From Bacteroidales bacterium (GTDB lineage: Bacteria > Bacteroidota > Bacteroidia > Bacteroidales > CAIWKO01): 64,000 nucleotides of DNA. The stretch lies in contig DAOORA010000013.1 in NCBI GenBank assembly GCA_035389045.1, forward strand, positions 1 through 64,000. The letters run 5' to 3'. Of this stretch, positions 40,819-49,087 are shown piece by piece; the first letter of the stretch is position 1, and every line of letters starts with the position of its first letter. A program made the translations under genes and the position numbers. The notes under the pieces were generated by a model. That model did not search any database and was not told the origin of the DNA. It saw only the letters and a list, made by a program, of their open reading frames with translations.

Positions 40819-42266
40819 GAATTTCTTTTTCGTAAAACAATCAATCCTGTAAAAGTAAGCAGTCCGTTGAGTATCAGCAGTTCAAATCCGAATTTATAAC
40901 CATTGAAGAGCATTTCGGAAAACATACTCAGAAAGTAACACATAACAGGAGCAATTATGGCGACTATCCAGACAAAACGATCTTTAACCGCATATTTTGT
41001 GAATAAGCCAAAGGCAAATAGTCCGAGTAATGGCCCATAGGTATATCCTGCAGCCGTATATATGGCATTGATGACAGCCTCGTTATTCAGCGCTCTGAAA
41101 ATGAGTATCACGATCAGCAGTATAGCGGCAAAGCTGAGATGAACCACATAACGCACTTTCTTTTTTTGTTTTTCATTCAATTTACTTTTATCCTTGAACC
41201 CAAGAAAATCAACGCAAAAAGAAGTGGTGAGCGCTGTTAATGCTCCGTCAGCACTGGGATAGGCAGCGGAAACCAGCCCGACCATAAAAATTAGCCCGGC
41301 CACTGGCCCCAGATGATTAAATGCAATCTCGGGAAACAGATTATCAGATTTTGCAGGAACCTCAATACCTTTTGCCGATGCATACATATACAAAACTGCA
41401 CCCAAAGTCAGAAACATAATATTGACAATCACCAGGATCCCGCTGAAGGTAAACATGTTTTTCTGGGCTTCTTTTATATTGCGGCAACTGATGTTTTTTT
41501 GCATCATTTCCTGGTCGAGGCCGGTCATTACGATGGCAATAAAGGCTCCGCTCATGAATTGTTTCAGGAAAAAGTTCTTGCTGTGCCAGTCGGCTTCCAC
41601 TACCCTGGTGTATCCGGCATCACTTATCTTTGTAAAGATATCGCCCAGGCCGATACCGAGTTCATTGGAAATGAAATAGATCGACAGTATCACTCCCAGT
41701 AGCATAAAGGTGGTTTGCAGGGTGTCGGTCCATATTATTGTCTTGACACCACCTTCAAAAGTGTATAAAATTATCAGTACAATAAAAACGAGTACCACTA
41801 ACCAGAAGGGGACGCCCCAATAATCGAAAACAAACACCTGAAGTACGTTTACCACCAGAAACATGCGGAATGATGCGCCTATCACCCTGGACAGAAGGAA
41901 ATAAAAAGCTCCCGTTTTGTATGACCAGAAACCGAAACGCTGGTTAAGGTAGGCATATATGGATGTAAGGTTTAATCTGTAGTATAAGGGGAGCAGTACA
42001 GTGGCAATAACGGTATAGCCAATAAGAAATCCAAAAACAAGCCCCAGGTAGGTGAATTGCTGTGTTCCGACAAGTCCCGGAACCGACATAAAAGTCACCC
42101 CGCTTAGCGATGCTCCGATCATGCCGTAGGCCACTACATACCAGGGTGAACTTTTATTTCCTATGTAATATGAATCGTTGTTGGTTTTGCGTGATGTGAT
42201 CCATGTTACCACAAACAGCATGATGGTGTAGGCAATAAAACAAAGCAGAATATAAATTGGTTTCAT
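40815..42266 (-). CDS. Sodium:solute symporter
   Basis: 'GMIGASLSGVTFMSVPG', 'IIWTDTLQT' and 'GLDQEMMQK'; many TM segments. Confidence 0.93.
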   Translation of the reverse strand: MKPIYILLCFIAYTIMLFVVTWITSRKTNNDSYYIGNKSSPWYVVAYGMIGASLSGVTFMSVPGLVGTQQFTYLGLVFGFLIGYTVIATVLLPLYYRLNLTSIYAYLNQRFGFWSYKTGAFYFLLSRVIGASFRMFLVVNVLQVFVFDYWGVPFWLVVLVFIVLIILYTFEGGVKTIIWTDTLQTTFMLLGVILSIYFISNELGIGLGDIFTKISDAGYTRVVEADWHSKNFFLKQFMSGAFIAIVMTGLDQEMMQKNISCRNIKEAQKNMFTFSGILVIVNIMFLTLGAVLYMYASAKGIEVPAKSDNLFPEIAFNHLGPVAGLIFMVGLVSAAYPSADGALTALTTSFCVDFLGFKDKSKLNEKQKKKVRYVVHLSFAAILLIVILIFRALNNEAVINAIYTAAGYTYGPLLGLFAFGLFTKYAVKDRFVWIVAIIAPVMCYFLSMFSEMLFNGYKFGFELLILNGLLTFTGLIVLRKRNS

Positions 42267-42446
42267 TTTGTGATTTTATGCAAATTTAGTATTTAGCAAA
42301 TATAACCCAAACTGACACTTTATTAGTTATGAACAGAAAGCGTTTGATTAGTTGTTTTTTTATGGTTCCGGAGGCAATAATCTTATGGTGGTTTTACTTG
42401 CCAAATATCATTATATTTATTAATTTTGTAAAAAAATTCAACTCGT

Positions 42447-43760
42447 ATGTCTATAAAAAAATATCTTATGCCTAATTTTTACGTTATCGGGTTGCTCTCC
42501 CTTAATTTTATTTTTTCAGGTTTTTCTGCATTGGCTCAGCAGGTGACAAAAAGGGTATTGTTTATCGGCAACAGTTATACATACGTGAATAACCTTCCCC
42601 AGATGGTGGCAGATGTTGCGGTTTCGGCAGGCGATACACTTTTTTTCGATAGCAATGCTATTGGTGGTTATACTTTTCAAATGCATACGACCAATGCTAC
42701 CACACTCAATAAAATCAGTATTGGAAACTGGGATTACGTGGTGCTGCAGGAACAAAGCCAGCTGCCTTCGTTTCCGATCAGCCAGGTAGAGGCAGAATGT
42801 TTTCCTTATGCCAATAAACTTGACAGTTTGATCAATGCCGGTAATCCTTGCGCAGAAACCGTGTTATTTATGACCTGGGGCAGAAAGAACGGCGATGCCT
42901 CCAATTGTGGTTTCTGGCCGCCCGTGTGCACCTATAATGGCATGGACAGCCTGCTAAACCAGCGTTACAGGATGATGGCCGACAGTAACGACGCCATTCT
43001 TTCGCCCGTTGGTGCGGTATGGCATTATATCAGGCAAAACTATCCTGCCATCGAATTATATAATTCCGACGAAAGCCATCCCTCTGTTGCCGGCACATAT
43101 GCCGCAGCCTGTTGCTTTTATTCAGCCCTGTTCAGAAAAGACCCGGCTCTGATCACTTTCAATTCATCACTCTCTGTCGCTGATGCGGAAAATATCAGAA
43201 ATGCCGTTAAACTGATTGTTTATGACAGCCTGATGAACTGGCATATTGGCGAATATGATCCGTCGGCCTCTTTTTCCTATGCTGTTTCAGGTGCTCATCA
43301 GGTAACATTTACCAACAGCTCGGCACATGCCGACAGTTTTAGCTGGAATTTCGGCGATGGCAACACTGCCGTTGATGTCAATCCAACGCACACTTATCCC
43401 ATGGATGGTACTTATACGGTTACTCTGGTGGCTGTCCGCTGTGGTTTGCAGGATACCACGGAACAGATAATAAATGTTACCCCCATGGGTGTTTCGCTTG
43501 AAAACCAGTCTGTTGCCGGTTCGTGGAACGTTTATCCGAATCCGGCACAGGCATCACTTACCGTCCGGAAGAATGACCCGGCATGTGTGTTCTATAAAAT
43601 TTTCAGTCCGGCGGGCATCGAAATGTTGAGCGGGATTATTGAAAGGGTTGAAACGATTATAGATATAAACAAAATTCCCGGAGGTTTATATATCATTCAG
43701 CTTTTCAATGAGAAAAATGAAAGCCGGGGGTATCGGAAAATTGTTAAGGTGGATCGATAG
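42447..43760 (+). CDS. SGNH-hydrolase-like (DUF4886) protein with PKD domain and type A T9SS CTD
   Basis: 'VLFIGNSYT', 'WDYVVLQEQS', 'DESHPS'; 'WNFGDG'; 'VYPNPA...GLYII...KIVK'. Confidence 0.85.
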   Translation: MSIKKYLMPNFYVIGLLSLNFIFSGFSALAQQVTKRVLFIGNSYTYVNNLPQMVADVAVSAGDTLFFDSNAIGGYTFQMHTTNATTLNKISIGNWDYVVLQEQSQLPSFPISQVEAECFPYANKLDSLINAGNPCAETVLFMTWGRKNGDASNCGFWPPVCTYNGMDSLLNQRYRMMADSNDAILSPVGAVWHYIRQNYPAIELYNSDESHPSVAGTYAAACCFYSALFRKDPALITFNSSLSVADAENIRNAVKLIVYDSLMNWHIGEYDPSASFSYAVSGAHQVTFTNSSAHADSFSWNFGDGNTAVDVNPTHTYPMDGTYTVTLVAVRCGLQDTTEQIINVTPMGVSLENQSVAGSWNVYPNPAQASLTVRKNDPACVFYKIFSPAGIEMLSGIIERVETIIDINKIPGGLYIIQLFNEKNESRGYRKIVKVDR

Positions 43761-43761
43761 T

Positions 43762-44387
43762 GAATTTTCCACATTGAGTGGTTAAAAGGCAATTTCTTTT
43801 TTTGATGTGCTAGTATATAACATCCGAACAGATTCTTGTAACAACCTTACTTTTCTGTATTACTTTTTTGCGTGTCCCCACGCCTTTGGCGGGGCAGGCA
43901 AAAAAGTAATCAAACCTGCCTGCGTGACGAACACTTCGGCAGGCAGGAAAGGACCTCCTGGCGAATGCTTCAGCCCGCTCTCAGAAAACATTGAAAATCT
44001 ATGCAAAGTAGTCCTGACGCAGCATAGCTGGTCAGGAAACCCCGCCTGTGGCGGGGCCTTTGCAGATTTTCAAATGTTTTCTGATTCACGCCACCGCCGG
44101 CTCGCCCGCCTGACCGTCGGGCAGGCACGCCAGGAATTGCCTACGCGCCAAATATCGGCTAACCTATCCCGAAAAAAACCGAATTGTTTCGCAGAAACAA
44201 AGTGCGCTGGCCTGAAATTATGCCGGTGTCAGGGAGTGGCTTGTGTGTAGGTTCGGTATATATTTTCTTGACTTTTTTGGTACTTTTTGTGTCAAGACAA
44301 AAAGTACAATAAAATATACAATATATTATTGATTATTCTGACTTTAATTTTGAGATATATAGAATTTTCCACATTGAGTGGTTAAAA
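43762..44387. mobile_element. Non-coding structured element bounded by an exact 26-bp direct repeat (putative non-autonomous mobile element)
   Basis: GAATTTTCCACATTGAGTGGTTAAAA at 43762-43787 and 44362-44387; inverted terminal hairpins and many internal stems; no credible ORF. Confidence 0.65.
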
Positions 44388-44460
44388 AATCTTCAATATT
44401 ATCCCAATATGCCAGCCATGAAATGGTGAATTTTGTATAAATTTGTAAAAAAATTTCAGG

Positions 44461-45090
44461 GTGGCTCATTATCCTTCAAAACTCTTTGAACAGACGGTCA
44501 ATGAATTTGCCAAATTACCCGGCATAGGCCGTAAATCGGCTGTGAGGATGGTATTACATCTGTTGCGCGAAAACACGGAAACTGCTGATGCACTTGGCAG
44601 TGCTATCATGAAACTCAAGCAGGATATCCGTTATTGCATGCATTGTTTTAATATTACAGAAAATGAAGTGTGCGATATATGCGCTAACATCAAACGTGAT
44701 AAGTCTGTTATTTGTGTGGTTGAAGATATCCGCGATGTAATTGCTATCGAAAATACCAACCAGTACAACGGGGTTTATCATATCCTCGGTGGTATAATTT
44801 CCCCTATGGATGGTGTTGGTCCTAACGATCTCAATATTAAACAACTGCTGGATCGCATCGCCGGAGCTACCTGTTCTGAGATCATTCTGGCTTTGCCTCC
44901 GACGATGGAAGGCGATACGACCAATTTTTTCCTTTACAGGAAACTATGTGTTTTTGATGTCAGCATAACGACCATTGCCCGCGGCATTTCTTTTGGCGAT
45001 GAACTGGAATATGCTGACGAGGTCACTCTTGGAAGGTCAATATTGAACCGCACTCCTTACCAGGCAGAATTTCAGAAAAAAACGCATTAG
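44461..45090 (+). CDS. recR: Recombination mediator RecR
   Basis: 'LPGIGRKSA', C4 zinc finger, 'ICVVE', '[10 protein letters not shown]' and 'LEYADEVTL'. Confidence 0.96.
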   Translation: MAHYPSKLFEQTVNEFAKLPGIGRKSAVRMVLHLLRENTETADALGSAIMKLKQDIRYCMHCFNITENEVCDICANIKRDKSVICVVEDIRDVIAIENTNQYNGVYHILGGIISPMDGVGPNDLNIKQLLDRIAGATCSEIILALPPTMEGDTTNFFLYRKLCVFDVSITTIARGISFGDELEYADEVTLGRSILNRTPYQAEFQKKTH

Positions 45091-45133
45091 AATTTTTTAT
45101 TTTTGTGATCTCAGTTTTGACTGTTTGGCCCGT

Positions 45134-45341
45134 CCCCGTTGTGCGAAGTTTGCAACTTCGCACTTACTAAATTGTAGTTTTTGACTTCAGTTATAATTAC
45201 ACGATATACATTTCAACATTTATTGTCTCAAATAAATTTATCATATCTATATAGTTCCTGGCGATAGACCCGATATTTTGTTGCTATGTAAGTCGAAACT
45301 CTTATTTAGTGCGAAGCTACAGACTTTACACAACCAGTGGG
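45134..45341. repeat. Inverted pair of REP-like palindromes (REPIN/MITE-like) between convergent recR and rnz
   Basis: Perfect hairpin GTGCGAAGTT-TGC-AACTTCGCAC (45141-45163) and a degenerate inverted copy at about 45308-45334. Confidence 0.65.
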
Positions 45342-45366
45342 TAAGGAGTTGAGAAAAGGGGAAAAT

Positions 45367-46278
45367 TTATATGATGTACGAATTTCCTTCTATGGCCAGT
45401 TCCGATTCGGGAAACACACTTCTCGTTTCTTCGATGACTTCTGTTAATTCATCATAACGTGCAGAAAAGTGGCCGATAAGTAATTTGTTGACCTGGGCCT
45501 TTTGGGCTATGGTAGCGGCTTGTATGGTGGTGGAGTGTTGTTTTTCATCGGCATTGGCCTGCATATCATGCATAAAGGTGGCTTCGTGATACAACAGCGT
45601 GGCATTTTTCAGGTAAGGGACAATTTCCGGGCTGTAACCGGTATCGGAGCAATAGGCAAATATCCTGGGGCACTGAGGGTCAGTAGTGAGTTCAGAATTG
45701 GGGTGAATCTTTCCGAATTTGTCCGTAAAGTCACTGCCTTTTTTTATGGCGGCCAGTTGTGGAATAGGAATCTCAAGTTCTGCAATTTTTTCTTTGATGA
45801 GGTTCCGTTCTGTGATCTTTTGCCTGAAAATAAAACCATGTGTCGGAACCCGGTGTAATAGAGGAAAACAACTGATGCTGATCTTTTCATCGTTATAAAG
45901 ATCAGCAGGCCGATTGGGCATGAGATCATGAAATACCAGCGGGTAAAGCAGTTTCGTTCCGGATGCTTTTAATTGCAGATCAATTATTTTCCGTAATTCA
46001 GGATTGGAATATACATGCAACGGTTTTGTCCGTCCTAACAGGTGATAAGTGAACATCAGCCCCGCAAAGCCAAGGTAATGGTCGCCATGCAGGTGCGAAA
46101 TTAAAATATGGTCTATGCGGTTGAATTTCACCTTATATTTTCTCATCTGCATCTGTGAGCCTTCGCCGCAATCGATCAGAAAAAGCCTGTCAGCACAGTC
46201 AAGCACCTGGCCGGAAGGGTTGCGTTCATTTGTCGGGGCAGCTGAACTGCTGCCGAGTATCAGCAAATTCCATTTCAT
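45367..46278 (-). CDS. rnz: Ribonuclease Z (start at MKWNLLILG)
   Basis: 'LIDCGEG', 'SHLHGDH', 'AYCSDT', 'HEATF', 'HST' and 'GHFSARY'. Confidence 0.95.
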   Translation of the reverse strand: MKWNLLILGSSSAAPTNERNPSGQVLDCADRLFLIDCGEGSQMQMRKYKVKFNRIDHILISHLHGDHYLGFAGLMFTYHLLGRTKPLHVYSNPELRKIIDLQLKASGTKLLYPLVFHDLMPNRPADLYNDEKISISCFPLLHRVPTHGFIFRQKITERNLIKEKIAELEIPIPQLAAIKKGSDFTDKFGKIHPNSELTTDPQCPRIFAYCSDTGYSPEIVPYLKNATLLYHEATFMHDMQANADEKQHSTTIQAATIAQKAQVNKLLIGHFSARYDELTEVIEETRSVFPESELAIEGNSYII

Positions 46279-46389
46279 GCATATAAAAGTAATTTTTTTT
46301 TCAATGTTCATCCGGGTACGTATAATAATTCCATGAAAAATATCACTACTGATCGACAAAAATATTTTTCAAGTGTTCAATGCTTTGTT

Positions 46390-46538
46390 ATATTACGTTC
46401 CTACGGAACTTGGTTAAGTTGGAAGTTTCATTTGTTTCTAACAATATTATGTCCCTAACGTGAGAATTCTTATGGAATTGTATATAGTTAGATAATTAGT
46501 TATACATTGGTTATTAAGTCCTATAGAGACTTGATATG
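46390..46538. repeat. Degenerate REP-like palindromes of the GT(T/C)CCTACGG(A/G)AC type
   Basis: ATATTACGTTCCTACGGAACTT, ATATTATGTCCCTAACG and inverted AAGTCCTATAGAGACTTGATAT. Confidence 0.45.
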
Positions 46539-46592
46539 TTTTTCCGGACAATAATAAAAAAATATATAAATTTGCAGGATAAATTCGTTCAT

Positions 46593-47762
46593 ATGAAATT
46601 CGTTAAACTATTTATAGTTACATTTTTGTTTGTTTTTCTCTATGCGTGTTCAGGTACCCTGGTCAATGTGGTAAAAGTTGACAACAAAACCCAGCCTTCG
46701 GGCAAAAGCGGTTTTTATTATGCGTTACCGCGTACTTTTATCAGAGTTGATATCGTAGTGAATAAAACCGAGCAGATAAAAGGACCGTATAGTGAATATG
46801 CCGAAAAATACCTCGGACTTACCAATGTGATAAAAAGTAATTCAACAAGTTATGAAATAAGCGAATATAAACTTTCCACTTTTGCAGAGCCCGATCCGCA
46901 GCAATTTTATTTTGTCCGCCTGAAAAATGCATGCTGTACTAATTATGACCGTTTAAAACTTTCTTTAAGTGAAACAGGAATTTTAATGAGCGCCCATGCC
47001 TTGGTTGATACATCAGCATCTGAAAATCAGACCTATGTTTTTGAGGAAGAGGGTAATGTATACCCTGACCTTTTCAAATCGTACACCGACCTGAACCTGT
47101 TTGAGAAAGTAGATACCATCATTGAAAAAGTAAATGTAGATTCTGTTCTCATTGAAAAGATGACCTTTAAACGCTCGCTGGTGGAGAAGACGCCTGAACA
47201 AAAGGCCAGGGAAGCCGCTGACTTTTTTATTAAAGTGAAAGACAACAGGTTCAATCTTATCAGTGGTTTTCAGGAAGTTAATTATGACAAGGAAACATTC
47301 AAATATATGAATGAGGAACTTCAGAAGATGGAAAATGATTACCGCAAGCTTTTTACCGGTATCATATTTTCAAAAAAGATCACGTATAGTTTTATTTTTC
47401 TACCGTCTCCGGCCAAGCCGGAAGAGTCGGCGATGCTGTTCCGTTTTTCTACGCTCAGAGGCGTGCTGGGTTCTTCAGATGCTTATGGTGAACCGGTATA
47501 TCTGAATATTTTAAAATCAGGGAATACAGATACGCTGAATGTTTATCAGGTTAAAAAAGATTCTCTGAAGATCAGGCAGCACGGATTTTATTACAGGATA
47601 CCCGATTATGCCGAAGTAAGTCTTTCCAATTCAAATGAAGAGAACATCAGGGGGAAATTCCTGATTGCTCAATACGGTGTACTTACTTATCTGCCTGCCA
47701 GTATGAGATTTTTTGATTTGTACAAAGAAACCGGTGGAATTAAGAATATCGGTGGCAAATAA
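46593..47762 (+). CDS. DUF4831-family lipoprotein
   Basis: Lipobox LYAC; 'YYALPRT', 'GPYSEYAEKYLG', 'KAREAA', 'Y..LFTG', 'YYRIP' and 'AQYG'. Confidence 0.78.
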   Translation: MKFVKLFIVTFLFVFLYACSGTLVNVVKVDNKTQPSGKSGFYYALPRTFIRVDIVVNKTEQIKGPYSEYAEKYLGLTNVIKSNSTSYEISEYKLSTFAEPDPQQFYFVRLKNACCTNYDRLKLSLSETGILMSAHALVDTSASENQTYVFEEEGNVYPDLFKSYTDLNLFEKVDTIIEKVNVDSVLIEKMTFKRSLVEKTPEQKAREAADFFIKVKDNRFNLISGFQEVNYDKETFKYMNEELQKMENDYRKLFTGIIFSKKITYSFIFLPSPAKPEESAMLFRFSTLRGVLGSSDAYGEPVYLNILKSGNTDTLNVYQVKKDSLKIRQHGFYYRIPDYAEVSLSNSNEENIRGKFLIAQYGVLTYLPASMRFFDLYKETGGIKNIGGK

Positions 47763-47993
47763 TCTTTTTGTGTATTACAAATCCCTCTGAATCAATTTTA
47801 TCAACATGCGATTAAATCATATTAGTGACGTATTTTTTAAATACGCCAGTCGGTGTAATGCAATGCTGTAATCACAGTAAACACAATTCTTTCAACCATA
47901 CAATTCCCGAAACTCTATGAAGTCATTCATAGAACTTATGACACAGGTTATCATAATCCATGCTAAAAATTTTAAGTACACCTCAAATTTACA

Positions 47994-48061
47994 AGTCACG
48001 GGGTGACTAATTGATTGTCAGGCCTTTCTTATAATTGCAGTTTTTAAGTCACCCCGTGACT
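47994..48061. repeat. Inverted pair of 15-bp palindromes AGTCACGGGGTGACT / AGTCACCCCGTGACT
   Basis: Exact reverse complements at 47994-48008 and 48047-48061; each is itself a hairpin. Confidence 0.7.
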
Positions 48062-48579
48062 ATCAATAGATTAACGAATTCTTGAGGATATAAGGGTACA
48101 TGAAAAATATAATTAATGGCATGATATTTGACTTTGCTCTACCCGGAAATTAAATTTTTATTAAATATTCAGAAAGTTAAGAATTTAAAAAATTTTATAA
48201 CTGTATAATCGGTTTTTCTGTATTTTTGTATTTTAATACTGAATATTTAAAATATAAATTGGTTTTTGGAAATCAATACAAATTGTTACTGAAGGAAAAA
48301 TCTTGAATTATTATTGAAAACATTAAATATTTCGGGCTGTTTCAGAAAACTGTCATTTTTTAACTGTTTTTATTGAACCGAGAAATCAATATTAAAAACA
48401 TAATACATTAAATGATCAGGTTTTACTGAAGAGTTGCTTTTGGGTTTAATTGTTAAAATAATATGAATTATTTTGTATTTTTAAAAAAAAAATATTTTAT
48501 ATTTGTAATAGAAATAAATTTTATGTAAAAATGAAACCTTTTCAAAACCATTACGTAATAATGTGTAAAAAATAATTCA

Positions 48580-49083
48580 ATGAATACTATATGTAAACTA
48601 TTGATTTGTGTCGCGATTCTTATTTGTGAAAATAGACTATCGGTATTGTTTGCACAGGAAGTTATACCTGCTTCAGGTGGTGAAATCTCAGGTATGTATG
48701 GAAGTGTAAGTTATTCGGTAGGGCAGGTCTTTTATACCACAAATACCGGAGTCACGGGGTCTTTAACTCAGGGGGTTCAGCAACCGTTTGAAGTTTCAGT
48801 CATCCTCGGAAAAGATGAATCAGAGGGAATAGACCTGATGATTTCGGCCTATCCTAATCCGGTTACAGATTATCTGATACTTAAATTAGATGACGCATCT
48901 GCAAAAAATTTCCATCCTATGTCGTTTCAGCTTTTCGATATAAATGGTAAGCTGTTGGAAAACAAAATATTAACAGAAAGGTTGACTACGGTTTCCTTGA
49001 AGGACTTTGCACCATCCATATATCATCTTAGAGTTACCGATAATATAAAAGTGATCAAGGTGTTTAAAATCATTAAAAACTAA
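48580..49083 (+). CDS. Small secreted protein consisting of a short N-terminal segment and a type A T9SS CTD
   Basis: 'AQEVIPASGG...SVSYSVGQ...QGVQQPFE' followed by 'AYPNPVTD...FDINGK...FKIIKN'. Confidence 0.85.
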   Translation: MNTICKLLICVAILICENRLSVLFAQEVIPASGGEISGMYGSVSYSVGQVFYTTNTGVTGSLTQGVQQPFEVSVILGKDESEGIDLMISAYPNPVTDYLILKLDDASAKNFHPMSFQLFDINGKLLENKILTERLTTVSLKDFAPSIYHLRVTDNIKVIKVFKIIKN

Positions 49084-49087
49084 ATCA

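Noticed and set aside
43762..43787. 26-bp repeat as a chromosomal dif site or CRISPR repeat
   Set aside because: Only weak resemblance to the XerD arm (TTATGTTAAAT). There are only two copies, 600 bp apart, and no cas genes.
43807..44250. 147-aa + strand ORF inside the 600-bp element
   Set aside because: The translation simply reads through GC-rich palindromes (PACGG-type peptides). It has a GTG start and no transposase or integrase motif.
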